In this document: piece by piece, positions 12,984 to 22,169 of the stretch
How positions within the stretch are numbered: position 1 is the stretch's first letter
Layout of the letters: every line of letters starts with the position of its first letter
Source of the DNA: Hydrolagus affinis
Lineage: Eukaryota
Direction of reading: 5' to 3'
NCBI GenBank assembly: GCA_012026655.1
Contig: JAAILG010001172.1
Span: 1-64,000 of the forward strand
DNA length: 64,000 nt
Notes under the pieces: generated by a model
What the model saw: only the letters and a program-made list of their open reading frames with translations
What the model was told of the DNA's origin: nothing
Database searches by the model: none
Program-made: the position numbers and the translations under genes

Positions 12984-13315
12984 GGAGCTCCTGTGGCTCA
13001 GTGGTTAGAGCACTTGTCTTGCAAGCTGGGGAGACCTGTGTTCGAATCCAGGCAGGTCAGGGCGAAACCTTGGGCAAGTTTCCTTACTCCACACGCCTAA
13101 TAATAATCCCTTCAAAAAAAACACAATAATAAAATTGGTCATTTCAATCCACGACTGTGTGTGGGACACTGCTGTGCGCAATTGGCTGCCATGATTCGCC
13201 CAAAAATATATACAGTCAATTCACTTTACAGTATATTCTGTGAAGCGCTTTGGGACGTTGATAAGATGTGGAAAGCGCTATATCAAATGCAAGGATTATT
13301 ATTATTATTATTATT
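12984..13315 (+). mobile_element. tRNA-derived Deu-domain SINE, young full-length copy
   Basis: Intact A-box TGGCTCAGTGG and B-box GTTCGAATCC, then CCTTGGGCAAGTT, Deu motif, hairpin tail and (ATT)n. Confidence 0.93.
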
Positions 13316-13649
13316 TATCATATCATTGGGCTGAAATGCTCAGTTGATGAGTGACGACAGTCCTGATCGAGTAAGTTTACCTATTGATCACTGATTTACA
13401 GCAGCAGTACTCAATGGCAGATAGCTGGCAATATAACATAACAGCGCCTAAGTCATTTATATCCTACTGTCCACCGAGATCGGCAGCACAGGCTGCAATT
13501 TAAACAGAATAAACAAAGAACATTTTCGTTTCTTAAAATAACAAAAATCCACTTGAGAATAAAATACAAAAATATTGAGTCCAGGTGCTGAGTTAGAACT
13601 ATTGCCCCTCACATTGCAGAAATGACTTTGAGTTTGAATGAATGCATTG

Positions 13650-14230
13650 GCAGCATCAACCACCACGGTTGCACACTCTACCTCACCAAGTCAGTCAGGA
13701 ACCTAGGTGTCTTGTTCGATCCTCAACTGTCTTTCCTCCCCCACTTCCAAGCCATGACCCGCTCTGCCATCCCTCACCTCCACAACATTGCCCAACTCCG
13801 CCACTGCCTCAACCCTCAGGCCACTGAAACCCTCATTTGTGCCTTCATTATATCCAGGCTCAACTATGCCAAAGTTTGTCAGCCTCACCAATTTCTCTCT
13901 CCATAGGCTGCAGATCATCCAGAACTCTACTGCCGGTGTCCTCTTCTTCACTGGGCTCCCAGCAACCCCCATTTTTGCCCTACTCCATTGGTTCCCTATC
14001 ACTCAGAAGATTCAATTCAAGTTCCTGGTCCTCACTTTCAGGCCCTCCATGGCCTTGCCTTCGGCCACTCAGCCCCCAATCTTTGGAATTCCGTCCCGTA
14101 ATCCCTCCGCCTCGCCCCCTCCCTATCTTCCTTCAAGTCCTGCCTCAAGACCCTCTTCAATTCTCCTTCACCCCCATTACCTCTTCCCTTGCTCAGCGTG
14201 CGACCCCCAACACTGGAAAGTTCTCTGTAA
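13650..14230 (+). mobile_element. L2 ORF2 C-terminal fragment
   Basis: SVRNLGVLFDPQLSF..ETLICAFIISRLNY and LQIIQNSTA..LHWFPI..IQFKFLVLTF. Confidence 0.88.
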
Positions 14231-15309
14231 CATCATCCAACTTGAAGAGTTCTATACTAAAACAATTTGTTTCAACCTCACATTTTTGTGGTTTACCATG
14301 TATAACTAAACACATCAGGGCCACTCTGTTAAGTACCTAATCTACATGCTCACGAGGTCACTGCTCTGTACAGGTGTTAATTTGCAGGATTCCTGTTAAA
14401 AAGATTATAGCAATTGATACACACACATATGTACGCATGACGAATGCCATCCACCAAGGAGCAGCACTTTCCAGTTTTGCTGAGATCAACACAAAGCAAC
14501 TCCATCCAGGATTCCCAGAGACACCAGTGTCACCATTCCTCCACCTCCATCCTCTCTTCTCCCTTTGTTTGCTTTCTTGCTGCATCTTTTATTGCAATGT
14601 TTCCACACCACAACACTGTTTCCTCTATGTCATAAGAGTATTTGTAGCCCTTTACAGCATTAAGTTCCTGTGGTTTAAGTTAACAGGGACTAATTTGCAG
14701 TATTTCGTCATGTGATTCCTTGATTACATAACCGCTAGAATTTGTGACTTCCTTGTTGACTGTCGAGTATAAGAGGAGACTGGTATATTTTGTGTTTCTG
14801 GAAGGAATCCCATTTGCAGAACTCAGATTCCTTAGTTAGGCGGAATCCCATTAAGAGATATTGCAATTTCGAACCCAACACTATTTTCTGATGATGTGTG
14901 TGTAATGCAAAAGATGTGATTGTGAACACTCTCTTAATCCTGCAATCTGAGTTCATATCTTGGTGAAATCTTGCGAACCTTTTGGGACCACCCAAATGGA
15001 CTGCAACAACCTTCTCTGGGCCAGATTATTAGATTCCTATGATGTAAACAAGTGAACTTTAACTTTTAATTATTTTTTTTTATCATGCATTGATGTTTAT
15101 GTGCAGGGATAGTGCTATACAGGGCACCCCAATTAGTAGCAAAATTGTTGAAATTGAAGGCAAGTAAAATTGCTGACTACGACTTATCAATATATATCAT
15201 ATTCAGTACACAAAAACACACTTTCAGAAACCTACAATAATCCCTACATTTAATATACAGTAGTGCCTTCTCACAAGTTGTTGTTGTTTTTGCAACTCTC
15301 CTGTACCTG

Positions 15310-15780
15310 TACTCTCCCGCACCAGGCTTCGTGACCACATCACTCCCTACCCTCGCCCATCTGCACTGGCTCCCCGTCCCCCAGAGGATTGAATTCAAGA
15401 TCCTCGTCCTCACTTTCAAGGCCATTCATAGTCTTGCCCCCATCTATGTCTCTGACCTACTGTCTCTCTATCAGCCTGCCCGCACCCTCCGTTCAGCAGA
15501 CTCAGGCCTGCTCCGCGTCCACTGCCCTAACCGCCCAACCATCGGCGGCCAGGCTTTCAGCCTCTCTGCTCCCACACTGTGGAACTCCATCCCGCAGCCC
15601 CTCCACCTCGCGTCCTCCCTTTCCTCCTTCAAGGCCAGTCTCAAGACCTTCCTCTTCGACCGCGCCTTCGGCCCCTCAACTAACTCTTCCCCCTCTCCCG
15701 CCCTCCTTCCCCTTCCCCCGACCCTCCCGACGTGAAAGGTGCTATATAAGTGTAATTTGTTGTTGTTGTTGTTGTTTTGT
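15310..15780 (+). mobile_element. Young L2 3' end, 40 nt upstream of a sema5a acceptor
   Basis: Open frame LHWLPVPQRIEFKILVLTFKAIHSLAP..AFSLSAPTLWNSIP..FKASLKTFLF, then ACGTGAAAGGTGCTATATAAG and (GTT)n. Confidence 0.93.
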
Positions 15781-15820
15781 GGTATGTTTCACATGTTTGT
15801 TTTCGCTGCTTTATTTTCAG

Positions 15821-15991
15821 TGGATGGCACTTGGTCGTGTTGGTCTTCCTGGTCTCAGTGCTCTGTGACGTGTGGGGGCGGCCATTACATGCGCACACGT
15901 TCCTGTAGCAACCCTGCTCCAGCCAATGGGGGCGATATCTGTTTGGGACTGCACACTGAGGAAGCACTCTGCAACACACAGGCCTGCCCAG
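15821..15991 (+). CDS. sema5a: Semaphorin-5A exon, TSP1 repeat
   Basis: Boundaries TTTTCAG|TG and G|GTACGG. Encodes VDGTWSCWSSWSQCSVTCGGGHYMRTRSCSNPAPANGGDICLGLHTEEALCNTQACP. 171 nt, phase 1-1. Confidence 0.97.
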
Positions 15992-16374
15992 GTACGGCTA
16001 AGAGATTAAACCAACCTTTAACTACCCATTTGGCCCTGAAATTGCTTTTTGAATTTTCTACCATTTTCATCAGCCATAAATCATCTGCAAAAATGCTTTT
16101 CCTACAAATTTGTGCTACAGAAAATAGAAAACGGTTTACATTTCTATGGCACATTTCACATCAGGAAGACATCTCAAAACATTTCTTTGAGTGATTGTGA
16201 CTATCATAAAATTGACACAGAAAAATTTCACACTGTTATCCTCTACATGCTACGAATAAATGAAAAAAATCCTTTTTTTGGAGGGAATGATAAAACAGTA
16301 AGTTTGTTTCCCAGCTGAGTGTGGTTCAAAACCTGCTTTGCATAATTCCATTTACTGAACCACAAGTTTGAACC

Positions 16375-16598
16375 ACTGTCAAACCTTTAGTCTTAGCCCG
16401 TAAAATCATTTTGTTCTCAAACTGAAGATTGTACAGAATTGTGGAAAAATCTTGGTTTGGAAGCAGGTTCTTAATCAGAGCTGTGGATAACTGTCTTCCA
16501 AATCAAGAATAAATCTAAGAATTTTCCACAATTCTGTGTGATCTTAAATCTTAAAGCAAAATAATCTTATAGGCTAAGACTAGATGGAGTTTCAGCGC
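16375..16598. mobile_element. Palindromic MITE-like element
   Basis: Arms TAGTCTTAGCC...CAGAATTGTGGAAAAATCTT and AAGAATTTTCCACAATTCTG...GGCTAAGACTA are reverse complements over ~65 nt; a related arm lies at 59900-59978. Confidence 0.7.
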
Positions 16599-17653
16599 TC
16601 GAGCGGTCCCAGAACTCTGCTGCAAGACAGCTGGCGAACAGTGTTGAAAGTACCGAAGATCAGAAAAACAATTCAGTAATTTTAATGATGGCAGAAACTG
16701 TGACTGAATAATAGCCTAAAGCAATCTGGGAAATTTAAGCCAACAAACTAATCAGAAGGATTTTGCCCATAGTTTCAACTCTCACGTGGTCCATGCGACT
16801 CTTTACTTTCCTGGGCAGATATTGAATAAGCTTGCTTTATGTCGCGCCCTATCATGGTGAGCCATATCGAGGAGATTCACAGATAGTTACTGCCAAACCT
16901 AGGGAATTCTTTGTAGGTAAATTGGTAGGGATCTGTTATGACTTAATTATTAATTATTTGTTCGTAGTTACTGGGTTCAATTTAAAATGTATACCCGAAA
17001 CCAAGCATCGACTGGCTGGCAATAGAAATTCCAGCTAGGTTCACTTTTATGACTAAACATTTTTACTGTCCTGATGTTTTTCAGCGTAGCGACAACCTGT
17101 TATAGTGCGGGTCTCATTTGGGCTGAATGGCCAGGTCTAATTCTTTACATATCCTCTGGACCCATGTTAAGTGTAAATGTAGTACAACCGGGTTTTGATG
17201 TTGACTACCTGGGTTCCCACAATTATAAATAGCTGACATGTGGGCTATTCGGTTACTTACTGTACTGTATCACGGAGGCAGATTACTGCATTGCTATGCA
17301 CTGGAAGTTGATCCACTGCAAGAAGGCTGTGCAAGCGCTCTGAGACGCCGTCTGGCCGTATGTAAATCGAAGTTGTTGTTGTTGCTGTGAAGGAAGGGCC
17401 ACTACCAACGCTTGTAGCATTCTGCCCAGGCACTGGAAACACCACTAATGCCACTTTGTAAAGATAGTGGCGTTACACAAACACTGAGAGATTGAAGCCA
17501 GGGACAGAATTCTGATAGGATTTTCCAGTATATGTTCTCCCAAAAAGCAGAGACCCGTTTTAAATGGCCTGGGCATAGAAAAGTTAAAGAAGACTGGGGT
17601 GAAATTTGTAAAGTTTTATAATATATTCCTTGTGATAATTAACACATGGAACA

Positions 17654-17994
17654 CATCTGTCATCCCCGAGGCAGATTTGAGTCGAGGAGTAAAGGAAAAA
17701 CCACTTAATTCAGTCGATTTCCTGTTCTGCTGCCCTGAAATGCTGATAATTGTCTCAAAGAATGCATTATAAAACACCGCAAATTCCATGCAGGTCGGTA
17801 ATTAATGCCACTCTCTCTCTCACATGCTCACCTCTTGGGTCAGAGTCCTGTGCGAGCATGGATTCGTATCAGCACAGGCATCATCTGCAGAGGGCAAGTC
17901 CATCTGCCATCGCGGAGGCAGATTGTGAGTCAAAGCAGAAGACAGTTGGTTTAATTCAGTTGATTTCCTGTTCTGCACTGAACTGCCAATATTC
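17654..17994 (+). repeat. Dispersed direct repeat of a ~95-nt module (17654-17750 and 17901-17994)
   Basis: Both copies have CATCTGYCATC..GAGGCAGATT..GAGTC and TTAATTCAGTYGATTTCCTGTTCTGC (25/26 identical). Confidence 0.8.
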
Positions 17995-18376
17995 AGCACC
18001 AAAATAGCGTTTCAGAGCGAGCAAACAAATTGCTCAGACTATACCGGTATCCTATGTAAACATAGAGGAGGATGGGGTGGGAGTTCTACCCTCTAGCCTC
18101 TGAGGGAGTGGTAATTTAGTGCTATATTCTGCAAAATTATAGCCAAGTGGAACTAGGTTGATATTGCCCCAAACTGTTTCATGTAGCACCCATTACAGTG
18201 AAAGCAAAAGTGTGCTGTCCAGTACCCCTGTTCTATCTAATAACCTGGGTATATTGTGAATGTTTGCGGTAAAGTATCAGTTTAATTTTTCACCGATTGA
18301 ATTTTGGTTAACAATTTGAAGTTGCTGCCTTTCCAGGGTTTGAGCTGCTCTTTCAGGCTTCTTTCTTCCCCTGCAG

Positions 18377-18532
18377 ATAGCTGGTCGGAGTGGTCAGAGT
18401 GGTCAGCCTGTGAGGTCTCAGGCTCACAGCACCGCACACGTCACTGTAACATTTTATTTCCTGTGGGAAACCAATGCTCTGAGAATAGTAGCGAGAGTCA
18501 ACCCTGCGACTACGACTCCAATTTAATTCCTG
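18377..18532 (+). CDS. sema5a: Semaphorin-5A exon, last TSP1 repeat
   Basis: Boundaries CTGCAG|AT and G|GTGAGC. Encodes DSWSEWSEWSACEVSGSQHRTRHCNILFPVGNQCSENSSESQPCDYDSNLIP. 156 nt, phase 1-1. Confidence 0.95.
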
Positions 18533-18909
18533 GTGAGCACGGGTATCGCTTGTGCCTTTGCTTTGTGTTTTCTTGTGCCGTTCACGACTATTTAGGGACG
18601 CTCTTGAGACGGCTCATAATTACTGCTCATTATACTTCATTGCGGACTTGCCTTTTCCACTGCCATTACATCATCATATTATTATCTAAAATTATGGGCA
18701 GAACTGTGAGCAAGGTTGGGTGACTTGACTTTTACCATTACTGCTAAGGGCACAGAATTCACATAAAATCCATATAACTGGCCACGTACTTTAATCTCTA
18801 CATGACTCTGAGATCATGAACAAAGAACATCTTCAGAAATGATGGATTTGGGTTGATTGACTGTTCTTGAAACGCACAATTCCCATTGCAACGCTTAAGA
18901 GTCACCAAA

Positions 18910-19040
18910 TCAACAACAACAAAATTGCATTTGAAAGCGCCTTTCACGTCAGGAGGATGTCCCAAGGTCAGGACCGGAGCATGCGAGGGGTGGGGGGGTG
19001 GGAGGGGGGTGCTGGGGTGCTGTGGGCAGGGTTGGAATTG
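18910..19040 (-). mobile_element. L2 3' tail
   Basis: (AAC)n-AAAATTGCATTTGAAAGCGCCTTTCACGTCAGGAGGATGTCCCAAGG followed by a G-rich tract. Confidence 0.85.
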
Positions 19041-19619
19041 GGGAGGGCAGTTGAGAGCTCCACATATTTGTGAAAATGTAGTGGTTATTTGGCATGGAGT
19101 CAGCACTCTCTCCCTTCACGGAGGCAAAGTGTAAAGTTTTATAATGTATACAAATTCAGAAAAATGTTAGCAGCAGGTTGGCATGAGTGTTCGGGGACCT
19201 TGCCAGGTACTTCTGGAGTTTAACCAATGAAAAGCATGTAATTTGCCATCAAAAGTATTGCCTAAGCAACCTCCTGTTTCTTGTCCAGCTAGACCCACCC
19301 TATTGGTGAGGGCTTTAGCTTGGGCTTTAGGATCTTTGTGGGAAGAATCCCAGCCATCTCATAATAGTACAAAATGTACCTTGATGCAGCCAATTCCTTT
19401 GAACAAAACAGGCTTTATGCATAAATCAGCAGTTGACAGGCTCAAAATCATTGCTTAAATTCAAAACTTTCCAAGATGTGTCTTGTATTGAGGGTAAAAC
19501 AAGATTGTTGCATTGGGGTCCAACTAAAATCATAGCAAACCTACGTAATTACTGATCCAGTCACACAACTATAACCTACTATTCCTATTCATTCTCATTA
19601 TGTAGAAGCTGTGATCCAC

Positions 19620-19673
19620 ACATAATACATTTAGAAAGATATTTCAACATAATACATTTAGAAAGATATTTCA
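19620..19673. repeat. Perfect 27-bp tandem duplication
   Basis: ACATAATACATTTAGAAAGATATTTCA x2. Confidence 0.95.
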
Positions 19674-20598
19674 GTGTTTTTCAGGATATAAGCATATTAA
19701 TTTGATATCGCTCTGATCCAGTCAGATTTTCCCTGTATTAAATCTGGGTAAGTGTATGGATGCACTTAACTCTTAAGTTATATTGAGAGATCAAGTTAAA
19801 AGAAAATAAGTGAGAGGTTTAATTTTTATCAGACCATTTCCTGATTTCTGTTTTTAAGTGAACATTAATGTACAGCAACGTTAGGGGAGTTAGTGCTGGG
19901 AGTGGAGAATTCTTTTTCATTTTGTCATCCAGTGAAGGTCACTGATTTCAGCTGGAGCAGAAACAGATGATAGACTTGGCCCTAATAATACCCCAGGTTA
20001 GGTTGGAGTGGGTGAATCAGGAGGGATTCTAGCTCCTGATCACTCTCTGATTATGTGAGAAGTATGTGGATTTGGCTGTGATAACCCAAGGTCTAATAGA
20101 TTGCCAGTTCTCATTGTCATGGCCACATGGAAAGGAGGTGGAAAGGGAAGTAAATTGGGACATAATTCGCTTCCTGCCGCCTGCCCCATATTACCAAACG
20201 TGCAGTGATTTTAGAAGAAAACATTATTGACATCCATAATGTGACAGTCATAAAAGGATTTGAAAAGAATATCAAACATGTGTGTCACTGAACTGCAGGA
20301 GCTAAGTTCTGATGTGCTTGTAAGGAGATTCCTTTGACACAGAGTTTCCATGTACAGGTCAATAAGAGGGACATCTGTAGAATTTGTTAATTTACAAATA
20401 CCTTTCACATCATGTCATGGTTCCCACATTGGAGACAGTGTTCATTGTGTAAAGAGCAGTAAGTTCTGCAGATTATATGGAAAGTAATAAAAAAAATTCC
20501 TTCAATTCATCTTATGCCAATAGCTTTACATTTTCAAACTATGAATGATACATTTTTAACATAAACATCGTTTCAAGAAATGTTTTTGCTCCTTTCAG

Positions 20599-20643
20599 AA
20601 ATCACCGTAGCCCAGTCAAGCTCAGGGGAGAGAAGATGTGGTG
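20599..20643 (+). CDS. sema5a: Semaphorin-5A 45-nt juxtamembrane exon
   Basis: Boundaries CTTTCAG|AA and G|GTAAGT. Encodes EITVAQSSSGERRCG, matching the recalled EVSVARSSSVEEKRCG linker. Phase 1-1. Confidence 0.92.
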
Positions 20644-20751
20644 GTAAGTATTGATTTCCTAAACTTACAATTAAAGAAGCCTCTCAGCCAGGATTTGTTG
20701 TGTTTCGATAAAGAATGCTCATTTCACATACATTTCTGAAATTCTTTCCAG

Positions 20752-20963
20752 AGTTCAACATTTTCCATATGATTGCTGTGGGATTGTGTTGCTCAATCCT
20801 GGGCTGTCTCCTGACGCTGCTTGTGTATACTTACTGCCAACGATATCAGCGTCAGTCCCACGAAGCCACTGTAATCCACCCAATTTCAGCGGTTCCTCTC
20901 AATACCAGCATCACAAACCATGTCAACAAGCTGGATAAGTTTGATTCCGTGGAAGCCATTAAG
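20752..20963 (+). CDS. sema5a: Semaphorin-5A transmembrane and proximal cytoplasmic exon
   Basis: Boundaries TTTCCAG|AG and AAG|GTGAGA. Encodes EFNIFHMIAVGLCCSILGCLLTLLVYTYCQRYQRQSHEATVIHPISAVPLNTSITNHVNKLDKFDSVEAIK, including a hydrophobic TM stretch. 212 nt, phase 1-0. Confidence 0.97.
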
Positions 20964-21009
20964 GTGAGACAATTCAACATGGATATGGACATCCTTTATT
21001 TCTTGCCAT

Positions 21010-21135
21010 CTTCCAATGAAGGATCATGCCTGAAATATTGACTGTACTTCTCTTTCATATGCTGAATGATCTGCTGTGGAATTTCGGCCTTTCTTTGTTT
21101 GTTTCGCATTTCCAGCATCTGCCGTTCTCTTTTCC
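21010..21135 (+). mobile_element. Penelope-type terminal repeat remnant
   Basis: TGAAGGATCATGCCTGAAATATTGAC...ATGCTGAATGATCTGCTG...TTTCCAGCATCTGC resembles the common chondrichthyan Penelope-derived repeat (recalled); related to 54877-55049. Confidence 0.55.
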
Positions 21136-22049
21136 TAACTTCTGCTGTCTTTTGGGCTGCCACCTGGCACATGACCAAGCAAAAGGGAATTAAAGTTTAA
21201 AGGAATGGGGAAGTCAAGAGTTCATGACGATGCTTTAGTATTAAACTATGCTACTATTCGCCCGACAAAAAGAAGAATGTTTAGTGGTATGGGTGTATGC
21301 ATACGTCAAAAATCGTCACTGACAGTTTTGGAGTCCCTGGTGGGATTGGGTTAGACTGTTCCCAATCTTTTTTGCAGGGCGTGAAATCAGCACCAAGAGT
21401 TGTCAGATTTACTGAGACTTAATGTAACTCTGCTCAAATTGGTTCTTTAAAAATCGTGGAATGAAAAGCTCTGATTGAGTTGTTCCTGCATTCCACTCAA
21501 CGGGACTGACAAGCAACGATTGTGGGCGACTACAATAGAGCTAATAGGGCTTTGGCCAAACCATTGAGTGGAGGTTCACTCCCAAACCTGTCAAAAATTA
21601 AAGGTTTCGATCCCAAGATGTGCTGATCACGTTACCTCCTGCATTTTTCACCCTTTCGTACTCTTTTGAAAAGCAAACAGCAACAACAAGAACTTTTATA
21701 TAGCGCCTGCCCACCACGCAGGGTAGCACACCAGAGCACAAAGCAATCAGTTGAGGCCTCATTCAATTGGAATTGGAAGTACGACAGTCAGTCTTGTTCC
21801 TATACTACAAGTTCCTCCTCAAGAATGTGACTGGAACACATGGGTCAATTAGGGGGGAAGAGGGTACTGTGTGGGTCTGAGGGAGGACTGATCACAAAAT
21901 CTCCAAAAGATTGGAAAATACTACAGTCTTACCTTTGTAGGACCACCTTGACTTCTAGTTGTAATACTGCAATTGTTTCAGAAGGATTTAAAACTACCAC
22001 AGACGACAAGAGTAAGGTAGTAATAATGAACAATCTCTCTCTTTTTTAG

Positions 22050-22169
22050 GCTTTCAACAAAAACAACTTGATCCTTGAAGAACGAAATAAATACTTTAAC
22101 CCACATCTTCATGCAAAGTCTTTTTCCAACACCTACTTCACAGACCTAAATACATATGATGACTATTAG
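22050..22169 (+). CDS. sema5a: Semaphorin-5A terminal coding exon
   Basis: Acceptor TTTTTAG|GCT. Encodes AFNKNNLILEERNKYFNPHLHAKSFSNTYFTDLNTYDDY followed by TAG at 22167-22169, matching the SEMA5A C-terminus. Confidence 0.96.
   Translation, partial: AFNKNNLILEERNKYFNPHLHAKSFSNTYFTDLNTYDDY

Noticed and set aside
12984-13065. tRNA gene-like sequence with intact A and B boxes
   Set aside because: No proper acceptor stem, and it continues into a SINE body and tail; it is a SINE head repeated many times in the window.
18377-18380. Alternative acceptor AG 4 nt downstream (CAG ATAG)
   Set aside because: It would shift the frame; the upstream AG keeps homology to SEMA5A.
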